From assembly GCF_009914755.1 (NCBI RefSeq), contig NC_060936.1: 64,000 bases of DNA. The stretch is one strand, 5' to 3'. The DNA is from the human T2T-CHM13v2.0 reference genome, Homo sapiens. This document shows, one piece after another, positions 37,400 to 55,509 of the stretch. A model generated the notes under the pieces. That model was not told the origin of the DNA. It searched no databases and saw only the letters and a program-made list of their open reading frames with translations. A program made the translations under genes and the position numbers. Position 1 is the first letter of the stretch; each line of letters starts with the position of its first letter.

Positions 37400-38855
37400 T
37401 TCTCTTAATGACAACCAGGACAGGTAGGATACCTACCATCCAGCAATGTTTCATGATGAAAACCCAGAGACAGTTGATTTTCCAAAGCTATAAAGAATAT
37501 GGCATTGAGTAGGGCATCGACATTGCTGAGAAGCTCACCATCTGGTGGTGGAAGGTGCTGTTACAGAACTGATATGAATGAGACATGATAAGAACTCAAA
37601 ATAATAGAGGCCAGCTGGTTGTGTTTAACTGTGAGAAGGCAGGTGGCTGCAATTATAGAAATAAGCAGCAAGGTCTGAGTGGGGCAGCAAGCCAGAAAAT
37701 GGTGGTGGTGCTGACCTTCAGAGAGATATAGGGATGGTCATATAGAACACAGTGCCTTAGAGACAGGATGGATGGGCAACCTACAAGGATTCTTGCTCAA
37801 TCTATACAATCAAAATAATTCAAGGATGGATGATCAGGAAGCTAGGGCATCCATTTCAATAAAAATCATGACCCCTTCCCACTTTCTAGATCTAAATCAG
37901 ATTTTAGACCCACAACAGAATGGCGGAAAGAGAGGCCAGGTCCTCAGGAGGAAGAACTCTGCAACACCACTACAGGTGTGCATTCTCAGTCCTTCCTCCG
38001 TGGGATTTGTGACCATTGATACAACTAACTGTGCACCGGGGAAAGGAGAATACTCAGACTGCTAAGACATATAAAAATATGTTGGACATAGGATATGAAC
38101 TGATACTGATTCTTGGAGACGTGAAGGATAATCATGATGCCCCTTTTAGAATAACGATGTATGGGGGCCAACCTTACGTAGTTCTGGTCTAGGTTCAGCT
38201 TACAGTAGGTCCATTGAGTTCATGGATCCACTCAGTGGTCATTTTTCCAACTAAAAAGTGAATAATTTGAACATACTCGCTGGTTGGCAGAACTGCTATA
38301 TTAATTCCTTGGTCTATAGGGTAAGAGCTGTAAGACTGAGGAAAGCCAAGAGGAAGACACACAGCCTCAGTACATGGTATGCAGACATCTATTTGGCAAA
38401 TACATTATTTTCCATTCTTATTAGGAAGCATGACCAGAAGAAGGATCAGAAGCAGATTATGGTTCACATGGGATGGGCAACATTGTGTCAACTCTCTCAT
38501 CCTCTGTTATAATTGAAGCTGAAGTGACTTGAACCATGTGTACATTTTACAAAATTTTTTAATAGTACATTCTATTGATGCTATAATGTTAATCAAACTG
38601 GATGTGCTAGAAATGGCAAGTACATTCGAGGTCTTGGTAAGATACATGTGCTGTAGAAGATGCAGGGGCTCACTACGTCAGTGAAGATTTTAGGAGCATG
38701 CTGGTTTGGAGAATGCTGGAGCATCCCTTCCAAAGTAAAGAACTTATTCAATCTCATATCTCCTGTCACTAAGAAAGACACACAAAGATCTACCAAGTGA
38801 CACTGCAGTCAAGTTTGAATTAGGCCTAGAGTAGGAATAAACTTTGCAGCAAGTC
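37400..38855 (+). mobile_element. ERVL internal (ERVL-E-like gag/pol) decayed fragment
   Basis: aataatagaggccag...ggatggatgggcaacctaca; ttggacataggatatgaactgatactgattc (protease-like); gagcatcccttccaaagtaaagaac. Confidence 0.7.
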
Positions 38856-41159
38856 TTTATTGGCCCGTTCTTATGCTGTTAATGAAGACATACCCAGGAT
38901 TGGGTAATTTATAGAAGAAAGAGGATTAATTGACTCACAGTTTAGCATGGCTGGGAAGACCTAAGGAAACTTACAATTATGGTAGAAGGGGAAGAAAACA
39001 CATTATTTTTCACATGGTGGGGAGCAAGGAGAAGTACCCAGCAAAAAGCAGGAAAAACCCCTTATAAAACCATCAGATCTTGTAAGAACTCACTATCATG
39101 AGAACAGCATGAAGGCAACTGCCCCCATGATTAAATTACCTCCCACTGGGTCCCTCCCATGACACATGGCCATTATGGGAACTATAATTCAAGATGAGAT
39201 TTAAATAGAAACATAGCCAAACCATATTATTTCTCCCTTGGCCCTTCCCAAATCTCATGTCCTCACATTTCAAAACACAATCAAGCCCTTCCAACAGTCC
39301 CCAAAAGTCTTAACTCCGTCTAGCATCAACTCAAAAGTCCAAGTCCAAAGTCTCTTCTGAGACAAGGGAAGTCCCTTCCACCTATGAGCCTGTAAAATCA
39401 AAAGCAAGTTAGTTACTTCCTAGATACAACGGGGGTACAGGCGTTGCATAAATACACTCATTCCAAATGGGAGAAATTGGCCAAAACAAAGTGGCCACAG
39501 GATCCACCCAAGTCCAAAATTCAATAGGGCAGTCATTAAAGCTTAAAGTTCCAAAATGATCTACTTTGACTCCAGGTCTCACATCCAGGTCATGCTGATG
39601 CAAGAGGTGGGCTCCCATAGTCTGGCTGCTTTCACAGTCTGGTGTTGAGTGTCTGTGGCTTTTCCAGGCACACGGTGCAAACTGTTGGTGGATCTACCAT
39701 TCTGGAGTCTGGAGGATGGTGGCCCTCTTCTCACAGCTCCACTATGCAGTGCCCCAGTGGGGAATCTGTGTGGGAGCTCACACCCCACATTTCCCTTCTG
39801 CACTGCCCTAGCAGAGGTTCTCCATGAGGGCTCCATCCATGCAGCAAATTTCTGTCTGAGCATCTAGGCATTTTCATACATTCCCTGAAATCTAGGCGGA
39901 GGTTCCCAAACCTCAATTCTTGACTTCTGTGCACCTGCAGGCTTGACACCAGTGGAAGCTGCTAAGGCTTGAGTCTTGCACCCTCTAAAGCCATGGCCCG
40001 AGCTGTACCCTGGTGTCTTTCAGCCATGACTGGAGCAGATGGGAGGTGGGGCACCAAGTCCCTAGGCTGCACACACCACGGGGGCCCTGGGCTTGGCCCA
40101 CAAAACCATTTTTTTTTTTTTGTAAGCCTCCTGGCCTATCATGGGAGGGGCTGCCATTGAAGGTCTCTGACATGCCCTGAAGACATTTTCCTGATTGTCT
40201 TGGTGATTAACATTCTTCTCCTTGTTACTTACTCAAATTTCTGCATCAGGCTTGAATTTCTCCTCAGAAAATGAATTTTTCTATTCTATTACATTGTCAG
40301 GCTGCAAATTTTCTGAACTGTTATATTCTGCTTCCCTTTTAAACGTAAGTTCCAACTCTGAACCATATCTTTGTGAATACATAAAAACTGAATGCTTTTA
40401 ACAGCACCCACGTTACACCCTGAATGCTTTTCTGCTTAGAAGTTTCTTCCAGATACCCTAAATCATCTCTTTCAAGTTCAAAGTTCCACAGATCTCTAGG
40501 GCTAGGGCAAAAATGGCACCAGTTTCTTTGCCAAAACATAGCAAGAGTAACATTTACTCTAGTTCCCAATAAGTTTCTCATCTCCATAGCCTGGACTTCA
40601 TTGTCCATATCAGCATGTTAGTTAAAGACATTCACCAAGTCTCTAGGAAGTTCCAAACTTTCCCATATCTTCCATGAGCCCTCCAAAGGGTTCCAACCTC
40701 TGCCTCTTACCCAGTTCCGAAGTCACTTCCACATTTTCAAGTATCCTTACAGCAGCACTCCACTCTACCAGTAACAATTTACTATATTAGTCTGTTCTCA
40801 CACTGCTAATAAAGACATACACAGGACAGGGTAATTTGTGGAGGAAAGTGGTTTAATTTACTCACAGTTTAGCATGGTTGGGGAGGCCTCAGGAAACATA
40901 CAATCATGGCGAAAGGGGAAGCAAACGCGTACTTCTTCACAAGGTGGTAGCAAGGAAAAGTGCCCATCAAAAAGGGGGAAAAGCCCTTTATAAAACCATC
41001 AGATCTCATGAGAACTCACTCATTATCGTGAGAACAGCATGAGGGTAACTGCCCCCATGATTAAATTACCTTCCACCAGGTGCCTCCCACAACACATGGG
41101 GATTATGGGAACTACAGTTCAAAATGAGATTTGGGTGGGGACAGAGCCAAACCGTATCA
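38856..41159 (-). mobile_element. Full-length THE1 (THE1C-like) MaLR: LTR 38856-39229, internal 39230-40782, LTR 40783-41159
   Basis: Two THE1 LTRs in the same orientation around typical THE1-int; TSD AAGTC (38851-38855) / AAGTG (41160-41164). Confidence 0.93.
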
Positions 41160-41164
41160 AAGTG

Positions 41165-41405
41165 CAAGCTACAGAACAAACATCCCTGCCATTTGGGCCA
41201 TGTAAACTGGCAGAATCTATAGTATTAAAGGTATCCGTGATGAAAAGAGAAAAATGCCTTGTAGTGTTTATGAAAAGCAGCAGTTGGAAAATCATAAAGT
41301 AGATCTTTAGAATTCTGAAGCAAGGCCATGTCATCTGTAGCAGAAAATTACAAACCATCTGAAAAAACAGCTCTTGGAGTGCTTTCTTGCTCCAGTAGAC
41401 ATGGA
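41165..41405 (+). mobile_element. Continuation of the ERVL internal fragment
   Basis: ccctgccatttgggccatgtaaactggcagaatc continues the ERVL pol-like sequence broken by THE1. Confidence 0.65.
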
Positions 41406-41409
41406 GCAT

Positions 41410-41495
41410 CAGAGACCTTCCAACCTCCTTCAGTTCAAAGTACTCAGCATGCCAAGATACCAGACTTTGCGGTGTCCATGTCCTGAGCCTCATCA
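41410..41495 (-). mobile_element. MER34/MER90-group LTR 5' fragment
   Basis: Minus strand GGCTCAG...GGCATGCTGAGTACTTTGAACTGAAGGAGGTTGGAAGGTCTC. Confidence 0.6.
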
Positions 41496-41519
41496 ATACA
41501 CATTTAGGGTATATGTATT

Positions 41520-42560
41520 TAAAGAAAATATTAAATTCTACTAAATTATTTACTCATCCTTGATTCCCAAAGTTCTTGTAATATCCTCCTGGAATTCTTA
41601 TCCTTTATAATGAAATATTTTTTCTAATACTTTTTCTAAGATTCCTCTTAAAATTAGTCTTCCTGTGGTAAAACTGCTGGGGTCTTATATGCCTGGGAAT
41701 ATTTATATTTTACTCTTACATACTCTTACAGAGGTAAACAAATATAAAATTTGACATTAGGGTTTCTATTCTTGTTATTTCACTGTATTCTTTTTTAAAG
41801 TTTTCGAGAAGTCTGAAACCAAGCTGTTTCTTATTCCTAATGAAGTAATCTATTTTTTCTCTATAAGCTTTTATACTCCCCTCACCACTTCTTTTACTGA
41901 TATTTTTAAAATTCAGCTTAATGTTTTTAGAGGGTTTTTTTTTTTTTTTACTTTGTTCAATTTGTTTATTTTTGTTTGGCATTCTATGGGCTTCTTCAAA
42001 ATTAGGGTTTCTTTCCTTGAATCTGAGAAAGTAAGGTAAATTATTTCTTCAACTATTGTCTCATTTATTTACTCTTTAGTTTTTTTCTCTCTTATGGAAA
42101 ATCCATTATATAGCTGTTGAGACTTCTAGCTTCCATGTGTCTTAACTCTCCATTTTGATTTTCAATCTCTCTAGTTTTTACTAATCCCTTCCTGAGAATT
42201 ATTTTAAAAGTTTCTAAACATGATCTTTAAATTCACTAATTTATTCTTTGGTTGCTTTCAACCCATTCACTGAGTTGTTTATTTGAATTATTTTATATTT
42301 CATACCCAGTATTTCAAATTAGTTCTTCTTTATAACTGCTTACTCCTGCTACACCAATGTCTTTATCTCTTTGAAAATGATTTTTCTTTGTTTTATTCCT
42401 TTTTCCATATGGTCAAGTACTTCTGCTTCTTCTGGTATAAGCTGTGGAATGTGTTTTTCTGTAGTGATAATCTTTCTCAGATAAGTTATTGTGGTTCCCT
42501 GTGGTCCCCTTTTTCCTGGACAAGTCAGCATCTGGGCTGATAAGGACAATAGGAAGGGGA
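41520..42560 (-). mobile_element. Very old L1ME/HAL1-like fragment
   Basis: T-rich degenerate antisense ORF1-like sequence similar in style to 11710-12500. Confidence 0.45.
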
Positions 42561-42830
42561 GCAGCTGAAACAGCCCCATCCTGTTTTAGCAATCTCATAT
42601 ACGTTTAGGGCTTGGAAAGAGATAAACCTCAAAATAGCCTCTTGTTTTACAAACTTTTCCACACTGGGCATATCCGTCTTACAAGGAATCTTCTTGCACC
42701 CCTACCAACATTATGTTACCTGGATTTAACTTTCTTACTTTTAGGTTTTGAGAAAGGGGTGGGGAGAAGAAGTAACAAATGCTTCATGGCCAGCCAGTCT
42801 ACCTGTACTTATTATGTGCAGCTCACCCTA

Positions 42831-43277
<447 letters not shown>

Positions 43278-43674
43278 CTAGTGGAAAGCAAGGGGAGGAG
43301 GGGATGAGGGAATATCACAACTAAAAGCCTGTCTATCTACCTCTCTCTCACTCATTGTACCTGATGCTCTCTGGCTTTGGGAAACTATTCTCCTCTCATA
43401 CTAGACATAGCCAATTTCTAATTCCTAAGGCTTTTTCATAGTATGTGTATATCACATCTAAATAATGAAAAGTACTGAATATTTAATTAATGTATACCCA
43501 CACCAAAAATCAAAAAGTATTTAATATTTTATAAGTCCTGTAATGCAAATATCCTACTTATACCCATCAACCTTCTTGCTTCTGTGCATCTCCAGGGCTA
43601 GAGAAGAAAGGCGTAGCAGCCTGTTCTAGTTTGTCTCCCTGTCCCTCATCACTCAATCTGTGTCATTTAGACAC

Positions 43675-44203
43675 TGTATTAGTCAGGGTTCTCTGAAGGG
43701 AAAGATCTAATAGGATAGATGCATATATGAAGGAGAGTTTATTAAGGAGAATTGACTCACATTATCACAAAGTGAAGTCCCACAATAGGCCATCTGCAAG
43801 CTGAGGAGTCAGGAAGCCAGTCTGAGTCCCAGAATCTCTAAAGTAGGGAACTCAACAGTGTAGCCTTCAGTCTGTGGCTGAAGGCCTGAGAACCCCTGGC
43901 AAATCACTGGTATAAGTCCAAGAGTCCAAAAGCTGAAGAGGAGTCTGATGTTCAAGGGCAGGAAGCAACCAGCACGGGAGAAAGATGAAGGCCAGAAGAC
44001 TCAGCAAGTCTGCTCTTTCTATGCCTGCTTTTATACTGGCAGCTGATTAGATAGTGCCCACCTAGACTGAGGATGGGTATGGCTCTCCCAGTCCACTGAC
44101 TCAAATGTTAATCTCTTTTGGCAACACCCTCACAGACACACCCAGGAACAGTACTTTGCATCCTTCAATCCAATCAAGTTGACACTCAGTATTAACCATC
44201 ACA
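43675..44203 (-). mobile_element. MLT2A (MLT2A2-like) HERV-L solo LTR
   Basis: tgtattagtcagggttctct ... aagttgacactcagtattaaccatcaca; perfect TSD GACAC at 43670-43674 and 44204-44208. Confidence 0.93.
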
Positions 44204-44799
44204 GACACATTTCTTAAAAATCAGATTTCTGAAAGCTCTTTCAATTTCTGAAAATACATAAAGAGCTGCCTTATATATGAAATTTCAGTTTTCTAACTGA
44301 AGATGCCATAACATTCATTTCTGTACCTTATTTAGTAGGAGTAAGAACCAAAAACAATAGCAGCAAAACAACCTGAGGCTCATTAACCATAGGGTATCTC
44401 AGGCTTTCATTCTGGCATCATTTCAGCTTTCAGTTCTTTGTTTATAATTCATATAATATTTTGCTTTAGACAAATCAATTAGTTGTACGTGTCAAGCTAG
44501 TTAAATGCATGCTAAATATTTTCCCAAGAGAACTCAGTTGAAACTGGGTGCTATTAAAACCTTCAAATGAACAAAATCTGTTTTTAACAAGTCACACATT
44601 ATTAATTGGAACTGGATAGTGAGGCATATTTTTGAATGCTTGCCGAGAATAATTATGAAACTTCTTTTTTTTTATTGGAACAAGATGAGTTAATCAAGAA
44701 AAATATTCCAGCTCATGATGGCCAAACTTAAAAGCATGGCTGTAAACTAATTCAGCTTATCGGTTTGGTATAGGGTTAAGTGGAGGTCCAAGGATCATT

Positions 44800-44945
44800 C
44801 TTATGCTGTAGTTGGTACCTTAAAGAGATCTTTGCCCAATTTCCTCATTTTAAATATTCACAAAATCGGATACAGAAAGGTAATATTATCAACCTAAAGT
44901 CACATAGCTGGTTGGTGGCAGAATCAGAATCAGGAACTAAATTTA
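44800..44945 (-). mobile_element. MIR/MIR3 fragment
   Basis: cctaaagtcacatagctggttggtggcagaatcagaa. Confidence 0.6.
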
Positions 44946-46199
44946 TATTCCTACTATAGCTAAAAATGGCTAAAGACATTGCTTATTATGTACATTTTAT
45001 TATATGTCATTCCACTTTAAATTTAATGGTACATTATCTTTTTGAAAAATTATTACAAAATCTGTATAAAAATTTGCATGGAATGTGTTTGTAAATAATT
45101 GAGTCATTGCCAGAAAGAACTCATTGCCTTCCATAATGAATATTTGTTTTTTCCTGATTTGTGCTTGCTTAGCATCCACTTACTCTTTTTTTTTTTCTTG
45201 GTTTGGCAAGTTAAGAAATTGTCTTGCTTCCATGATTCACAGTGACAGTGGGACTTTAATTTGATGTGCCCTGCCCACTCCCTGCCCTCTAACCCAAGTT
45301 AGTTCAATCAGATTCTCTTTTTCAAGACTTTAAGTCTTTAGAATTATGATGTAGTGGCAGGAAAAATGATCAACTGAAGCATATTCATCCTGAGTAGTTT
45401 TTATTATTTACAGCCATGGATCTTCCCTGACTCTTATCTTTTTAGGAGCTTGGTTCACTAGTCTTCTCATCACCTATCGAATTAGCCTGCCTGTTGCTCT
45501 TCTCATCACTGCTCTTTTCATCACTCTGTACTCTGTGTCTGAGGGAGGATACAACCTTGACGAGGTTGTGTGCATGGCCAGGAGTAGGGTTGTTCCCAAT
45601 AAGAATTGAGTTTGCATTCTTCATTTTCCCACTGTTTCATTTAATTACATTTTTGTAAAAAACATAAAAGTTTACATAAACTGTCACTTGTTAGCAGAAA
45701 TTATCTAAGATTACTGGACCTATCTAGCCCTAATACCCACTGTAATTCACTAACCAAGTGAAAAGAATCAAACGCCCTCGTACTTGAGGCTTAAGAGAAA
45801 GATAAATGTCTTAATAGGACTCTCTAAAGAACACTACTAAGAATAAAAGTATTGGGCTTGGAGGACTTTAATACATTCTACTTCTACAACTGAGGCTTTA
45901 AATTTGGTGTCCATGATGATATATATTTTGAAGAAAAATAAAACTGAATACATGTGTTACCAGGGGATTATTTTATTACAACTAAGCTGACCGAGGAGCA
46001 ACAGAAAGACCATACTAAGCCTATAAGAGCACTCAATGATTATTTTAGGTGCTGGGAGTAGTTTATTTGGGAGGTATGGATGGCAGCATGCCAATGTCAG
46101 CAGATGAATAATGCTTTTGGAAACTCCCAGACATCCTGCTCTTTCCATTCTAATTGAAAAAAAAAAAAGAATGAAAAAAGAGTCGGGAAAATAGAAGAA

Positions 46200-46440
46200 A
46201 TGAACATTACTGATGTTAAGGACCTATTATTATATGTCAGGTGTATTCTAGGTGATTATATTAATCATCTCACTTATTCCTAACCATTCTGTAAGGCAGA
46301 CACTCTCATGCTTATTTTTTAGTTAAAAAAATTAGGGCTAGAGGGGATTAATTAACTTCCACAAGGTCACACAACTAGTGAGCAGATGATCCAGTCTTGG
46401 AGTCAGATTTACCTGATTCTGAATTCCATGCTTACACTGC
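46200..46440 (-). mobile_element. MIR
   Basis: tatgtcaggtg...catctcacttattcc...aaggtcacacaactagtgag. Confidence 0.7.
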
Positions 46441-48219
46441 TACTATTGCTACAGCTGCTGCTAACCTAGTACTGTCACTATTACTGTTAGAACTATCATT
46501 ATTATTAGGGCATAACCTAGAAAGACTCCATAAAGAGAAAAGTTGATTAGAAAGCTTTACTAAAAGAAATTTGTCTTCCTTTAGTGTGTCTTAGTTGTTC
46601 ATTAAGTTTCATTCATGTGTGGGAATCTGAGATACTCTGGTTGAATTCCTAAGTATTCTTCCTTCTTTCCCTTGTTACTCTCTTTATCAAATGAAAAAAA
46701 ATCATTTTATTTATAATTAGTTGATTACAGCCAATTTCTGCAAGGTAATATTTGCTACAGAACCATAATCAGACTCCATTATGGATTCTATTGATGCATT
46801 TGCTCGTTTTTATTACACTGAAATCAACATAGAACAGAGCAGAGTTTCAAGGCCAGCATAAGGATACTGGGGAGGATGGAAAGCAGATAAATCCTTAATT
46901 GCATTTGTCTCCTAAAAACGTGGTCAAAAATGGAAGTTTAGTTTTACTTAAACTTCCTTTTCTCTACAGTATGGTTAACAGAGATGAAACAAACTACTTG
47001 ATTTACATCCATTTGATCTTAGCCTGTCTATGCCTCAGGTTTGTTTGTTTTTTTAATCTGCAAAGTAAGATACATAAAATAAAATAGATTAACACAAACA
47101 AAATGTTTGGAGCTTTCATACGTGTATTCATACATGTATTCAGTTTTATTTTTCTTCCAAGCATATATCATCATGGACACCAAATAAAACCTCAGGAGTA
47201 GAAGCAGAATGTATTAAAACAGAATGTATTAAACCCCAGACACTTTGGGCTGGCATATGGAAACCTCTTAATAAGTTAGCCATTATTTAAATTGTGTTAG
47301 AAAATAAAGCCTGTGATTCTTCTACTTTTTGAGGGGCCTTAGCAGACCTCTAGGGGAAAGTAAGAATAGCTGGCCTCCACCTTTCTATGTCTTCTGGGTC
47401 ATAGAAGGTGACCCAGAAGTTGAGCTGAGAGTGAAATCTAATTCTTTATTTGAGTCTTTATTTGAGTCTACATGTTTACTGCGCATCAAAAGATGGTGAG
47501 CGGAATTAAAATGTGAATGCATAGAATAGATTAAAAGGGGAGGCAAGATTTGAATTAATCTAATTTTTAAAAAAGCATCTGAGTAAAAGAAATATAAATA
47601 AAATCTGCATCTGCATAGATGAAATTTTAAATGCGTCTTTAAAAATGGTTCCAAACTTTTATCCATTCTCCACATCAGAAGATCTCAAAGATAAAAGGAC
47701 ACACTAGCAATTTACAAGTACGCCTGTACTGGAGGGCCTTGATGATTCTACCAACGCAGCCTTTGAAGTAGCTTAATATAAAGCATGTACACTGTCTATA
47801 GACACAGCTTATGGTTGGCAAATATTCTAATAAAATTGATTTGCTCATACCAAGGGAAATAGCCTAGCAATGAATCAAAAGGCCTTTAAAAACACAGCAA
47901 GATATTTTAGTTTCTATATCTGCTCTCCCAAATTTGAAAACATCAACCCAAAGAAATAAGGTTTTGTATAACCAAATCTCTTTATGAAGTGTGACAGGAA
48001 AAATATGCTATTTTTGTGTGTCATCTTGCTCAAATAGAGCAATATTGTTGGCACCACAACATCCATTTGCAATGGTTTTTAAATATCTATGTTTACTTTC
48101 AGGACAAAAAGTCAAATAATAGAAGAGTATTGGTCACCGTGGATTGAATAAATTATGAACAAAGACTCTTCCAGGAAAAAACATTTAGCTGTGTCTGACA
48201 ACTTTTTGCTCTATGATAA

Positions 48220-48400
48220 TAAAAATCTAACAAATATGAAAAGAAATTATGATAGTCAACATTATCTAGGGTATGGGGAAACAAAACTCTTGGTGGAAAC
48301 TAAATAAACAAAAATCTTTTTGGAAGAAACTCAACATTTTCAATGTGCCAGTCCTTTGACTTAGCAATTTCATTTCTGGGAATTTATTCCTACAGGAAAC
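48220..48400 (+). mobile_element. Old L1ME fragment
   Basis: cctttgacttagcaatttcatttctgggaatttattcc. Confidence 0.55.
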
Positions 48401-48835
48401 ATTTGTACTGGATAAAGTGCTCATGTGAGACCCCCTGATTCAATCTTAGATCTGTAACTTAAAAGTTAGGGAGACTCTCAGGGCCACCCCTGGCCCATAA
48501 AATGCCTTGGTGCAATTTAGAAAAAGTTAAAAGAACAGGAGATAAAGAGAGAGAGGGACAGAGAATCTACAGGATTATCCTCTCAGCATCGGTTTTCTGG
48601 AAATCCCCTCTGTTCTCTTGCATTGGTTAGTGTAGAAGTTTCCTGGTTAGAACAATGTGGCATGGTGCAGTAATAGTTGCTACCTCATTATTATGCTAAT
48701 TAAATAAATTAATGTTTGCATAGTTAGAACACTGCTGGGCACTTATTAAGTGCCACAGAGATGTTTTCTCTCCTTGATAAAATGAATTCTGAGAAAGATC
48801 TTCCCAATAGGTGTTCTTTAAGATAGATAATGTGA

Positions 48836-49150
48836 GGTCAGGCAAAGGCAGCTCACGCCTGTGATCCCAGCACTTTGGGTGGCTAAGACAGGAGAATCGC
48901 TTGAGACCAGGAGTTTGAGACTAGCCTGGGCAACATGGCAAAACCCTGTCTCTCTAAAAATTTTTTTAAAGAATTAGCAAGGCATCGTGGTACACACCTG
49001 TGGTCCTGGCTACTCTAGGAGGCTGAGGCAGGAGGATCCCCTGAGCCCAGGAATTTGAGGCTGCAGTGAGCCATGATAGTGCCATTACAGTCCAGCATAG
49101 GTGACAGAGTGAGACCTTGTTTCTAAAAAAAAAAAAAAAAAAAAAGAAAA
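48836..49150 (+). mobile_element. AluJ, full length
   Basis: ggaggatcccctgagcccaggaatttgaggctgcagtgagc; poly(A); TSD ATAGATAATGTGA / ATAGATATGTGA. Confidence 0.92.
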
Positions 49151-49274
49151 ATAGATATGTGAATAATAGCTACTTAGGACCATCCTTTTAGTTGTCTTGG
49201 TATTATAAAACTGCACTTATACTGCTAGTAATAAGGATAAAGAATGAAAACAATGACAAAAACAATAAAAGTAA

Positions 49275-49495
49275 CAACTAATATTTCTGGAACATCCCCT
49301 CTGTGGCAGGTACTGGGTCAATGCTTACCCAGCATTATCTTCTGTAATTTTCACAAGGCAATGAGATAGATACTAATATCCCTGTTTTGTATGTGAAGAA
49401 ATTAAAACTCAGAGGTTAAGTAATTTACCCAATATCACATGACTAATAAGTTTTAGCACCAGGATTCAGAACCAAATGTGTCCTTTTCCTAGAGG
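49275..49495 (-). mobile_element. MIR
   Basis: gtggcaggtactgg...aaactcagaggttaagtaatttaccc...ccaggattcagaacc. Confidence 0.75.
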
Positions 49496-49565
49496 GGCTT
49501 TTAAAGTTATCATTAGACATCATGAACACAATAATATATTGTATATAAATGTACACACACTTGCA

Positions 49566-49646
49566 CAGGTTGATCTCAAGCTCCTGGACTCAAGCCTTGG
49601 CCTCCCAAAGTGCTAGGATTACAGGCGTGAGCCATTGCACCTGGCT
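49566..49646 (-). mobile_element. Alu left-arm fragment with an internal deletion
   Basis: ctcctggactcaag|ccttggcctcccaaagtgctaggattacaggcgtgagcc. Confidence 0.8.
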
Positions 49647-49709
49647 TGTGTAATTGTATGTACACTGTAATGTAATAAAGTGTTAGAAACAGGTTTATGC
49701 CAAGTTTTA

Positions 49710-53654
<3,945 letters not shown>

Positions 53655-54048
53655 TTACGAGGAGTCTCTTTTGGACAGGTACAGTTGTTTCTCATCTGTG
53701 TATACCTCTGTTTAACAAATGGTTAGTGTATAATAAATTTTACTAAATTTTACAATATTTAAATAGAACTTGAAATCATTTTAAAATAGCAAATCTCATA
53801 GAATCCATCCTGCTTACATTTTTGGAATCAGACTTTTGTCATTGAGCTTTGCCCCACAAGATGAACTGCCACTGTCTGCAACTTCCTTAGGATCACTTTT
53901 CTTGTAAATTTTCTGTACTAGTTATATACAAGGTGATCTATCTGCCCTGTCCAGTTAGAGTGACCGAGTCTCACTGAGACAATTCCTAAGAAACCTTGGC
54001 TTACTCAACTCAATAATTTATTTTTTCAAACTAAAATATTAAGATTAA

Positions 54049-54386
<338 letters not shown>

Positions 54387-55084
54387 CTGAATATCTATTT
54401 TTAATTTAAGAGTGGGCTTATATTGTAAAATACCACTAGACTAAACCTCATTTCTTCAAATTAACATTATATAGTCATTCCTTCATCTTCACTCCAAATT
54501 GTTGTCTTGTATTTTAAAAGAAGTCTTCCATATCCTCACATCTTCAGCTCCATTTCAGAAGCTTCACTACAGTGTAAGGACAAACCTTTAGAGATAACTT
54601 CTCTGTATCTTTGCTCTTTCTCTTGAATGACTGTTTCACAATCTCCTTCTGAAACTTAATCAGAAGACATGTTTCATATTCTCTTATAATTTCTCTGCTA
54701 CCCCTCTGCTGTTTTTTCTCCTTCTGTAATATACATCAGAAAGACACAAAGAAGATGAAAATCATACTCACACAGGTGCGTAGTAAACTGGATTTCTGCA
54801 AACACGTGAATTCCCATTTCCAACGCAGGAAGACTCCCACACCCACCTTTGTGACTCTTTATACATGTTGGCTACGACTGAATAGGGCCTTCTGTTTATA
54901 TTCTGTTGGCCTCATTAGACAGCCTATAGAAATAAACTTTGCTCAGAAAGTACAATGTTTAAAGATAAATATTTAAGTTTAGAGTTAAAAATGCATTCTA
55001 AAGCAAGGAAGAAAAGGATTTTATCTAGCAGCATATCCAAAAAGTATGAGTTATAGTGGTGATAATAATAACAATAAACGTAAT

Positions 55085-55280
55085 AATCTTCTTTTTATTG
55101 AGTTCTTAATCTATGACAACCACAGTGTACATATCTCCATTAATTCTTACAACTTGATTAACTAAAATTAAATAGTATTATCCCCATTTTGTTGTTGAGA
55201 AAACCGGACTTGAAGAGGTTAAATGACAAAGGTCACACATCTAAATACTCACCAGTGAACCCAGGCCTCTGACTCTAATG
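55085..55280 (-). mobile_element. MIR
   Basis: tattatccccattttg...gaggttaaatgac...aaggtcacac...gaacccagg. Confidence 0.7.
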
Positions 55281-55289
55281 TCTATATTT

Positions 55290-55502
55290 GGATTCGTTGT
55301 CTGGTGAGAGCCTGTTCCTCATGGATGGTACCTTCTCTGCATCCTTGCATGGCAGAAGAGGTGAACAAGCTCCCACAGTCCTTTTATAAGGGTACTGATT
55401 CCATTCATGAGGGTACCTCTTAATTAATACTACCACCTGTGGATTAAATTTCAGCACATGAATTTGGGGGAGGGGGAGACACAAAATTTTAGACCTATAA
55501 TA
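55290..55502 (-). mobile_element. MLT1A/MSTD-like MaLR LTR fragment
   Basis: gtctggtgagagcctgttcctcat...ttttataagggtactgattccattcatgaggg...catgaatttggggg. Confidence 0.75.
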
Positions 55503-55509
55503 TTTTCCT

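Noticed and set aside
39409-40621. ORFs in the THE1 internal region
   Set aside because: Short, fragmented remnants of MaLR internal sequence; no intact ORF.
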